Positions 46,318 to 54,704 of a DNA stretch of 64,000 nucleotides are shown here, in pieces. Both the position numbers and the translations under genes were made by a program. Each line of letters opens with the position of its first letter. The first letter of the stretch is position 1. Origin of the DNA: a bacterium (GTDB lineage: Bacteria > Patescibacteriota > Microgenomatia > Daviesbacterales > UBA10151); NCBI GenBank assembly GCA_021790255.1, contig JAJYIE010000001.1, positions 4,165 to 68,164 of the forward strand, written 5' to 3'. The notes beneath the pieces are model-generated. The model was given only the letters and a program-made list of their open reading frames with translations, searched no databases and was not told the DNA's origin.

Positions 46318-47672
46318 TGTTCCTGCTCCGGAATCCACACGCGCCTTTTGATATAGGCCCAGCAAATTACCAGCAAAGTTACCCCGGTAATAGTATAACC
46401 TACCAGAGCAGATGTTCCTGTAAAGTTATCCCGTAGCACCCACAGCGTGCTTTTGTCCACATTATCGAGTAGTTTATTGCTGCTGTATAAGCCGGAAGAT
46501 ATATCTTTTCGCAAGATTATGCTGCCTGCAACCAGTAAGCCTAAAACTAAAGTAATAAGTGGATTGGAAAAAGCCGGCCGATTAAGCTGCGGAATACGGG
46601 TAATTTTTGACTGCTTCATAGAATCAATAAAATATGTTATCCCGAGCCCGAGCAAAAAAGCCAAAGTGAGTCCCAACTCCGGCAGATAGCGGGACGTGCC
46701 GGAAGGCGGGAAACCGCCGGAGCTAATACAATCAATGATTAAAAAGCCAATCGTCCAGAAACTGGCCAGAAAAACTGCCTGCAGGTTGGGCTTGCGGTCA
46801 AACAGTAAAAATCCGAAAGTCCCCAAAACCGGTATGATAAAAAGCGATAAGGGGATCAGGTCAACAATCCCTGTGCGCAACCCGTCTCCAAGCGGCCCGA
46901 AAATCAGCCAAAAAGTGAAAGATGGGTTATACCAAAAAGAGGTTAAAGCTCCCACCAGAAGAAAAAGCGAGGCAAACCGCAGTATTTTTATCCTGCTGCC
47001 TCCGAGGAGCGCTTCTGAAAATGTGGCGAAAATTGCCAGCAAAAAATAAGAAATTGCTCCGGAAGGCGAGATCAGGATAATTGCTGCGCTGAGGGCTGAG
47101 GCGATCACCAGATTTTTCATTCCTCCACGGCGCAAAAAGGCAATCAGGCAAAACAGCGCCAGTGGCATTAAACCCAGGCTTGCTACGTGTGAGCTGTCCC
47201 CGCCCAAAAGTCCTGCCTCTACCCGCCCCTGAAGGAATAAAGTCAAAGGCAGAGTGGCAATAAGCACGGCAAAAAGAGCCGTCAGGATCCGGTTGGTTAA
47301 TAATTTTATTAGGATATAAAGAGAAACCGGCAGGAGGAGGAAGAAAAAAACATTGACCATCTGGGCAGCGTATGAAAAAGGTATTCGGGAAATTGTAGCT
47401 ACAATACTGGCCAGGAACGGGATAAGCGGCCCGGAATAAGTGTTGCTTGGGCTGGCGGTACCCACCAGCGGAGAAAGCAAAAATAAGTTAAGCACACTAA
47501 TCAAAGTTAATGCAGCCAGCTCAACATAACCGCTGCGCCACCAGGCATCAGCAGTAAATAACCCCCCGTCGGCGCTTTCTATCCGCCGCAACAGGCGGTG
47601 GCTGCGGCGGGCAGCAATGGTTGCCTCTGTGGTAGGAATATAATCTAGCTCTGAATCTTCCTGCTTTACCAT
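46314..47672 (-). CDS. Polytopic membrane protein (GT-C/O-antigen-polymerase-like).
   Basis: 452 aa, with ≥10 TM helices. Confidence 0.55.
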   Translation of the reverse strand: MVKQEDSELDYIPTTEATIAARRSHRLLRRIESADGGLFTADAWWRSGYVELAALTLISVLNLFLLSPLVGTASPSNTYSGPLIPFLASIVATISRIPFSYAAQMVNVFFFLLLPVSLYILIKLLTNRILTALFAVLIATLPLTLFLQGRVEAGLLGGDSSHVASLGLMPLALFCLIAFLRRGGMKNLVIASALSAAIILISPSGAISYFLLAIFATFSEALLGGSRIKILRFASLFLLVGALTSFWYNPSFTFWLIFGPLGDGLRTGIVDLIPLSLFIIPVLGTFGFLLFDRKPNLQAVFLASFWTIGFLIIDCISSGGFPPSGTSRYLPELGLTLAFLLGLGITYFIDSMKQSKITRIPQLNRPAFSNPLITLVLGLLVAGSIILRKDISSGLYSSNKLLDNVDKSTLWVLRDNFTGTSALVGYTITGVTLLVICWAYIKRRVWIPEQEQ

Positions 47673-47703
47673 CCTTAACTATTTAATATGATAATCATTT
47701 CAA

Positions 47704-49464
47704 TTACAACAGGTCCTGTTTAACTGTTACCTGCTTTGCTCCTTCTGTTTGAATTACCATCATACCGAAGCCGTCAGTACTGCTTCCGAGCAATTCCCCT
47801 TTTTCTGAATAGGCATGAATGCCAGGGGAAAAGTTTACCAGGAGCAATACACAAGAGCTCCCTTCGCTGGAAATTTCCCAACCCTCAGTTGTTTTTTTAA
47901 CCGGTAAAGGCTTCCCCCAGGCCGAAAGATAGTTTTTTAAAACGGCTCTGTCATTACCTGTTTGAGGATGTTTTATATTCAATATAGCATTTTTATCCAC
48001 TGCCCACGCTAAATTATTACCCTCAAATTCATAGACAGTTTCACCATTACCGCTCCACACAAGTTTTCCCAGCTCATCCCACTTATCCAGATTTTTAAAA
48101 TCGTGGTAGTATTCCGTAGATTTGCTGCCTTCCACCAAAACTGCCCTGACCCCCAAAATTTTCAGCCACATTCCGGCAATATCCGCATCTTTTCCTTCAC
48201 GAATCTGATAAGAAGCCATCGCCCAAACAGGATTTTGTGAAACCTCATCGCGTCCGCCCCGCACCTGATCAAGGCCGTACAGGTTGTCTGCCCAAAATAC
48301 CGGCGTGCCTGACAGGAAAACCCTGCCCTGATCACCAACCAAAAAGTTCAGCGCACTCAAGCCATCAAGACCCGGCGGCAAAATCGGCGATAAAAGCGGC
48401 GGGGTACCCAACGCTGCATAAATTCTGAGCGTCAGCAGCCAGGGCAGATAAAATAACGCTACCGCTCCCCCTATCCCCCTAAAACCTCTAATCTCCTTTG
48501 TCCCTCCTGCCAAAAGCAAAGCTATCCCAACCTCAATTTCAGCGAACCAGCTTGTCCAATCCTGCCAAAAGTCAGGGTTCAAAATCAGCCGGTATACAGT
48601 GAGGATCGCAAAAGTTAAAAGCCAGATTAAGGCAAAACCCATTAAACCACCCTTGCTTTTCCTTCCCAACTTAACCACCCAAATTGCCGCCGCCACAGGC
48701 AAAGCTGCCTTGGCAAAGCCGATTAACTGCCAGATTGCCGTCCAGCCGCTCGCCCCGCCTATTGAAGGGTTACTCAAAATCGTCCACCAAAATTGGGGGG
48801 TATACCAAAAAGTCACCAACACAAAAGCTGATATTAGAACAGGCAAAACATCCTTCAGGCGGTCAACAAAGTTTTCTGTAGTCCCCTGGTTCTCCGTTTT
48901 TTCCCGGCTTGCTGCTGCCCAGGCCAAAGCTGCCGCCCCCACCAGTAAAACCGGTATGACCGAGGTGCTAATAAGCAATGCCAGACTTATAAATAGTGTT
49001 GCCGGAATCGCTCTCAAATAAGTTTTTTGGGTAAAATAATATTCCAGACTGATTAAAGCAAAGGGCACTAAGCTCTCTGCCAATACATTCACCGGGTTGC
49101 TTAAAGCTAAGGCAGATAGGTACTTCCAGGGTAGTGCTAAATATATTGCTCCCGCCGTCATCCCAATCACCCCCGTCTCCCTTACTCCTCTTACCCCCGC
49201 CAGTCTTCCTGCCAGGAGTCCCCAACCGAATGCCTGTACCAAAAAACCGGTTGCTAAAATACCGTAGGTTAGCTCAAAAAAAGACAGCCAGGGGAAAACT
49301 GTCTGCAGGTAAAGCAAAAGCTGTGGCAATACCGGCCCCGCCAAAAATCTGACCGGTACCCCCAAATACCAGTTTGGGTAAATTGCCCACCAGCCGTGGG
49401 CCTGCACAAAGCCGGTCACAGCCAAAACTACCGGGATAAGCGATGTCTGTGGCGGATAAACCAT
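47704..49464 (-). CDS. Polytopic membrane protein with a C-terminal extracytoplasmic domain (GT-C-like).
   Basis: 586 aa, multi-TM, followed by a soluble ~200-aa C-terminus. Confidence 0.55.
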   Translation of the reverse strand: MVYPPQTSLIPVVLAVTGFVQAHGWWAIYPNWYLGVPVRFLAGPVLPQLLLYLQTVFPWLSFFELTYGILATGFLVQAFGWGLLAGRLAGVRGVRETGVIGMTAGAIYLALPWKYLSALALSNPVNVLAESLVPFALISLEYYFTQKTYLRAIPATLFISLALLISTSVIPVLLVGAAALAWAAASREKTENQGTTENFVDRLKDVLPVLISAFVLVTFWYTPQFWWTILSNPSIGGASGWTAIWQLIGFAKAALPVAAAIWVVKLGRKSKGGLMGFALIWLLTFAILTVYRLILNPDFWQDWTSWFAEIEVGIALLLAGGTKEIRGFRGIGGAVALFYLPWLLTLRIYAALGTPPLLSPILPPGLDGLSALNFLVGDQGRVFLSGTPVFWADNLYGLDQVRGGRDEVSQNPVWAMASYQIREGKDADIAGMWLKILGVRAVLVEGSKSTEYYHDFKNLDKWDELGKLVWSGNGETVYEFEGNNLAWAVDKNAILNIKHPQTGNDRAVLKNYLSAWGKPLPVKKTTEGWEISSEGSSCVLLLVNFSPGIHAYSEKGELLGSSTDGFGMMVIQTEGAKQVTVKQDLL

Positions 49465-49523
49465 TGTTTTAAGTTAGTACGGATGTGCCTTTTTTGTCAA
49501 ACACATCGTGAGTCTCGGAAAAG

Positions 49524-51761
49524 TTGCCAACAGGCCCTGCATTATACATAATATGTAGCATGAAGACTTTTCTGCTCCGCATGGCTTTGCTTATCGCCCT
49601 GGCAATCGCCTTACCTTTATTTTTATTCCACGAAGTGTTTTTTAACAACATCATTGTTCTGGGGGACTTATCCGGCAGCGACCTTCTAAATCTTCATCTT
49701 CCCTTTAAATATATCCTGCACACTAACCTTCTCGCCGGACAACTGCCTCTTTGGGAACCGAACCTGGCAATGGGCTTTCCGGTTTTTGCAGAAGGCCAGA
49801 CAGGAGTGTTTTACCCGATAAACCTCATCCTTGCCTTCATCTCTCCTTATCTAAGCTTAAACTTAAGCATTATTGCCGTATTTTTTATATCTTTCATCTC
49901 TTCATTCCTTTATCTCAAAAGCCTGAAAAGGTCCACTCCTGCATCAATTTTCGGCAGCATCGCTTTTTCCTTTTCCGCTTTTTTTATAACCCGTTTTAAG
50001 CATCTGAACCTGGTCAATGTTGCCTCACTCTTTCCGCTGCTGTTTCTTTTTACCAGACTGTATTTTGACCGCAAAAAGATGCGGTATGTCCTGCTGACGG
50101 GGTTTACCATTGCCGCCATGGTTTTTGCCGGACATCCGCAGATGATGTTTTACTGCGTGCTTGTCTTTCTAATTTATACGCTCTTTGAAGCCTTCCGTAT
50201 CTTTTACAACGGAAAGGATCAGGCGGTAGCGGCCAGCGTCGTTTTCTTTTTAACCGTGTCGATTGTCACCGGCGTAGGCCTGTCTGCCGTTCAGACTCTC
50301 CCCACCGTCGAATTTCTCCAGCTGACCCAGCGCCAGGATTTTAATGATGTGACGCTTACCGCCTATCCTTATAACCCCAGAAATCTTATTACCTTAATTT
50401 CCCCGTACTTTTTCGGCAACCCGGCCCTGGGCACATACAAAGAAGATGAAAATGTTATGGGAATTTTTTGGGAGAATGCCTCGTATTTTGGTGTCATCCC
50501 GCTTCTTTTTGCCCTGTTTTGGATTTACAAAGCGGTACGAAAAAAGGGCAGTTTTGATGATTTTTTCTTTATTTTTCTGGCTCTTTTTTCGCTTCTGCTG
50601 ATGTTTGGTAAAAACACCCCCTTGTTTTTGGCTTTAACCAAAATCATCCCCCTTTTTAACCTCTTCCGCTTTCCCACCCGGTTTAATTTATTCTTCATCT
50701 TTGCCCTGGTTGCCCTCTCCACCAACACTTTTGACTATCTCTTAAACAGGCTTCCCGCAAAACGGAAAAAAATTTTTACTTTTGGCACGATTTTACTGTT
50801 GATTGCCGACCTCTTCGTTTTTGCCACCCCTTATATCTCCTACCTTCATCTTGAGGAGTACCGGAAAGTTCCGGAGATAGTTAAGAAGATATCTACTGAC
50901 AAAAACTTTTTCCGCATCTACAGCCTTACCCAATACGGACAATCTCCCTATGCAGTGTTTGGATGGAAAAATGATGCTGCTACCCTGCTGGCCACAGGTG
51001 AAATGCTACCCCCCAACAACAATGTTTTTTACAAACTGCCCTCTTTTACTGACCGCGGCTGGTTTGAAGGTGGCTTAAGCCTGCAACGGCGCAACCGGGT
51101 GGAAAACTTCCTTCTCAAAGAAAATCAAAACCCCGCCTTAACCGGAAAAATTCTCGGTCTGTACAATGTCAAATATTTAATCTCTTTTGCCGACCAACTG
51201 GGTATCGAAATTACCAAAATCGGTGAATATAACTTAGGTCCAGCCTATGCCAGCCCCGTAAATATATTTGAAAATATGCAGGTAATGCCCCGGGTTTACT
51301 TTGTCCCGGAAGCAGAAGTGGCCCAAAACAAGGAAGAGGCCTTTCAAAAAATAACCGATCCGAACTTTCTGCCCACCAAAACGGTCATCCTGGAAAAAAT
51401 GCCACAAACGCTGCCGCCGCGGTTTAATGAGGTAATCGATACTTTCCAACATGACAATCCGGTCCGAATTATCGATTATCAGCCGCAGGAGGTCTTGATC
51501 AGCGCAAACCTGAAAAACTCCGGTTTTTTAGTATTTTCAGATATTTATTACCCCGGCTGGAAGGCGGAGGTTGACGGGAAAAGCCAAGAAATTCTCCGGG
51601 CCAACTATTTAAATCGGGCCCTCGAACTTACCCCGGGACAGCATCAGATCCGCTTCGATTACGATCCGGTTTCTTTTAAAATCGGTTTTGCTATCTCAGC
51701 GGTAACTTTCCTTGGCCTGATAGTGGTCGGAGGATGGCTGCTGGTTAGTAAGCGGCGCTAA
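49524..51761 (+). CDS. YfhO-family membrane protein (GT-C glycosyltransferase).
   Basis: GHPQ motif. C-terminal SDIYYPGWKAEVDGK...FDYDPVSF followed by a final TM helix. Confidence 0.8.
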   Translation: MPTGPALYIICSMKTFLLRMALLIALAIALPLFLFHEVFFNNIIVLGDLSGSDLLNLHLPFKYILHTNLLAGQLPLWEPNLAMGFPVFAEGQTGVFYPINLILAFISPYLSLNLSIIAVFFISFISSFLYLKSLKRSTPASIFGSIAFSFSAFFITRFKHLNLVNVASLFPLLFLFTRLYFDRKKMRYVLLTGFTIAAMVFAGHPQMMFYCVLVFLIYTLFEAFRIFYNGKDQAVAASVVFFLTVSIVTGVGLSAVQTLPTVEFLQLTQRQDFNDVTLTAYPYNPRNLITLISPYFFGNPALGTYKEDENVMGIFWENASYFGVIPLLFALFWIYKAVRKKGSFDDFFFIFLALFSLLLMFGKNTPLFLALTKIIPLFNLFRFPTRFNLFFIFALVALSTNTFDYLLNRLPAKRKKIFTFGTILLLIADLFVFATPYISYLHLEEYRKVPEIVKKISTDKNFFRIYSLTQYGQSPYAVFGWKNDAATLLATGEMLPPNNNVFYKLPSFTDRGWFEGGLSLQRRNRVENFLLKENQNPALTGKILGLYNVKYLISFADQLGIEITKIGEYNLGPAYASPVNIFENMQVMPRVYFVPEAEVAQNKEEAFQKITDPNFLPTKTVILEKMPQTLPPRFNEVIDTFQHDNPVRIIDYQPQEVLISANLKNSGFLVFSDIYYPGWKAEVDGKSQEILRANYLNRALELTPGQHQIRFDYDPVSFKIGFAISAVTFLGLIVVGGWLLVSKRR

Positions 51762-51780
51762 CCCACAGAAGGTGTCAGGG

Positions 51781-52416
51781 TTATTTTTTGACCTTAAACA
51801 CCACTGCCAGTCCCCAGAAAGCTGTTTTTTCTTCGGTGATAACTAGTCCGACCCTCCGGAGTGAAGTGTCAATACTTTTCCTGCTCAGGCTGTGCAAGTG
51901 GGCTCCCCGCCAAACTTTTCCGGGGCCGAAGCGAATCCACCAAAACCAGCCGGCTTTAAACCGAGCACTCAGGCTGTCCACTGATAAGATCAGATAACCG
52001 TCCGTCTGAAGACAACGGGAAATTTCTGCCAACACCCGCTGCGGATCCAGAACGTGTTCCAGCAGTTCGGTCGCTAAAATTATCCTGAACTGCCCATTCC
52101 GGAATGGTAAATTATGGGCATCAGCCGTGATAAATTTCACCCCCGGGTGTTTCCGCCTGGCAAATTCCACAAAATTCCGGGAGACGTCAATCCCGGTAAC
52201 AGCAGCATCCGGAAAAACTGACTTAACCTTGGCGGTTATTTCACCGGAAGCGCAGCCAACGTCCAGAACGCTGTCGGGTTGGTCCTCCAGCAATCCGCGG
52301 ATTACTTGCCATTTTCTGCCATGCCAGGTCCGCTGGAGCCGATTCTGCCCAATCCCCTTCTCGTAATAATCCGCTGGAGCCTGAGCCCAGATCAGCTTCA
52401 ATTTCTTCTTATCCAT
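51781..52416 (-). CDS. Class I SAM-dependent methyltransferase.
   Basis: 211 aa. VLDVGCASG motif I. Confidence 0.8.
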   Translation of the reverse strand: MDKKKLKLIWAQAPADYYEKGIGQNRLQRTWHGRKWQVIRGLLEDQPDSVLDVGCASGEITAKVKSVFPDAAVTGIDVSRNFVEFARRKHPGVKFITADAHNLPFRNGQFRIILATELLEHVLDPQRVLAEISRCLQTDGYLILSVDSLSARFKAGWFWWIRFGPGKVWRGAHLHSLSRKSIDTSLRRVGLVITEEKTAFWGLAVVFKVKK

Positions 52417-54704
52417 ATCTTGGCCTTAAGCGTGATAACCAGTATTGCTCCGGCCACTCCCGCCAGAGCAAAAATACTGATCCTTACCCCAAAGTAAAAG
52501 CTGTCCGGATCGTAGGTAAAAACCACGCTGTGTTTGCCCTCGGGTACCGGCACTGCCCGGAAAGCATAATCCGCCCGCAGAATTTTAGTTTCCCGACCGT
52601 CTACATAAGCTTTCCAGCCGGGATAGTAAGTATCCGACAGAAAAAGATACCCATTTCCTGAAGCCTGGGTGCTCACATCTATTTTTTGATCCGTGTATTT
52701 TGTAAATAAAGCGGTGGCAGCATAGCCGCCCTGGGCCTTCCATGTCGTATGGTCCACGCTCTTCACCTCAGCAGCGCTCCGGCCGGATAAAGAATCCAGC
52801 CACCCCAGTACCCCGTCAAATACGGAAAGCGGCAAGCTTTTGTCCTCATCATCCACGAAAATTTCATTTTTCGGATCAAAGTCGCCTTTTAAAAGACGGG
52901 CTTTTATATCTGCCGGCGCAGCTTTTTCCGCTTTGGGCACCATAAAAACCCGTGGGAAATAATCTGTAAACTCATAAACGTACACAGGATCCTGACCGTT
53001 TTGAAAATTTACCTGGAAAGCTTTAGTTAACAGGTCGTTTTGTACAGGCTCAGTTAAGAGTACAAATCGCACTCCCATCAGCCTGTTTAGAAAGAGGAAA
53101 GAATCTGAAAGCTTGAGGGTATTTATATCCGGATAGCTTATCCCGTTGTAGAATATCTCATATTCCAACTCATTGTAGCGGTCCAGTTTCAGGCCTCCGG
53201 AATTGGCAATGCCGACATTTTCCGGGATACCGTACATCAAATTGTTAAAAACCGGAAGCAGGTTTCTCAGGTTGATAAAAACATCCGGATCTCCCCAAAG
53301 ATCCGGTTTTTCCAGGAATATTTTTAAGCTCGGATAAAAGTAGTACTCCGTTGTAACCCTTTCCTGATCACTCAACTTCCCCTGCAAAAAAGTGGCTACC
53401 TGCGGCTTTTTGTACCAGCTATTTGTATCAACACTGGGGTGTAAATCCACCGCGGCAATTTTCAGGTTAATAAAACTGAATAAGATCACCGCTCCCGAAA
53501 TACCGAAAACAGCCGCCTTGCTGATTTTAATCTTCTCCAGGCCGCTTTGCAGCTCCTGCATCGAGAAAGCCGCAAGGACCCCCAAAGAAAAGCTCACCAA
53601 AAAGATCAGACGAAATGGGATCCGGAAAAATGAAAACGGCATCAGGGTCAAAATGTACCCAACTGTAAGCTGAGAGCCGAAAGATAAAAGCAACGCTATA
53701 CCGGCTGTTGCCAGAAAAATGTAACTGTAAGGAGTGTACTTTTTCAGCCTTAATAAGGCAAAGGCCGCCAGAACCAGGCCCAGAAGCCCTAGATAAACAT
53801 ACCTTTCATCTGCCGGCCAGCCATTATTTATAAAAGCACTGAAAGTATGGCTCCCATCAAAGGTGGCCTGTGGAGCGATAAAATCCGCAAGGTTGGACAG
53901 GGGAAAAGAATATTGGTTAATTGAAGATGCTGCCAGCCCAGCTGACCTGCTGGAGTGGAGCATCAGTTCTGCTTCCGGCAAGACCTGGACAGCTCCAATA
54001 GCAAAACCGCAGAAGACAAAAAGCGCGAAGTAAGGAATGAAAGAAAAAGTTGCTTCTTTCCTCCGGTACCAAAACAGCATCCAGTAAAAAAACAAGAAAA
54101 TCAGGCTGTAAAAGATAACCTGGGGATGGCCGCCTAGAAGCGACAACCCCAGCAAAACCCCCATTAAAAGTACCCAAATTGCTTCTTTCTTCTTCCCCTG
54201 CAGAAAAACTTCCAGAAAATAGAGCTGGCCTACGAAAAGGTAGAAGGAAACCACCATCGGAAAACGGACCAGTTCACCCACAGCAAAACCTGAAAAAGTA
54301 ATAATCGAGGCGCCGAAAAACGCTGGAAAGGCAAACAGGCGGATCTTTGATAAATATAAAAAGCTGAGCAGAAAAAGAAAAAAGAAGCTACAGACCAGTG
54401 TTATATTGATTGAGGTGGTAGTATCGAAGTATGCTGCCAGCAGATTTAACGGATAGAGAGCTCCAATTTGCCCATCAGCAAAAAGGGGGAAACCACTGCT
54501 TATAGCAGAAGACCAAAGTGGCAGCTGCCCCTCTCTGAGAGACTGCGAGAGAAAATAACGGAAGGGGTAATGCAAATCCGTCAGCTCATTGGTTCCAACA
54601 TTAGGGGTAATATTGACCGCCCCCCTCAGATTGCCGATCAGGAAAAACACCACTAAAGCCAGACCGGCTAAAACTGACGCCAGCAGGCTAAGCCTCTTTT
54701 TCAT
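52398..54704 (-). CDS. YfhO-family membrane protein (second paralog).
   Basis: GGHPQVIFY. C-terminal SDTYYPGWKAYVDGRETKILRADYAFRAV...TYDPDSF followed by a TM helix. Confidence 0.8.
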   Translation of the reverse strand: MKKRLSLLASVLAGLALVVFFLIGNLRGAVNITPNVGTNELTDLHYPFRYFLSQSLREGQLPLWSSAISSGFPLFADGQIGALYPLNLLAAYFDTTTSINITLVCSFFFLFLLSFLYLSKIRLFAFPAFFGASIITFSGFAVGELVRFPMVVSFYLFVGQLYFLEVFLQGKKKEAIWVLLMGVLLGLSLLGGHPQVIFYSLIFLFFYWMLFWYRRKEATFSFIPYFALFVFCGFAIGAVQVLPEAELMLHSSRSAGLAASSINQYSFPLSNLADFIAPQATFDGSHTFSAFINNGWPADERYVYLGLLGLVLAAFALLRLKKYTPYSYIFLATAGIALLLSFGSQLTVGYILTLMPFSFFRIPFRLIFLVSFSLGVLAAFSMQELQSGLEKIKISKAAVFGISGAVILFSFINLKIAAVDLHPSVDTNSWYKKPQVATFLQGKLSDQERVTTEYYFYPSLKIFLEKPDLWGDPDVFINLRNLLPVFNNLMYGIPENVGIANSGGLKLDRYNELEYEIFYNGISYPDINTLKLSDSFLFLNRLMGVRFVLLTEPVQNDLLTKAFQVNFQNGQDPVYVYEFTDYFPRVFMVPKAEKAAPADIKARLLKGDFDPKNEIFVDDEDKSLPLSVFDGVLGWLDSLSGRSAAEVKSVDHTTWKAQGGYAATALFTKYTDQKIDVSTQASGNGYLFLSDTYYPGWKAYVDGRETKILRADYAFRAVPVPEGKHSVVFTYDPDSFYFGVRISIFALAGVAGAILVITLKAKIWIRRN

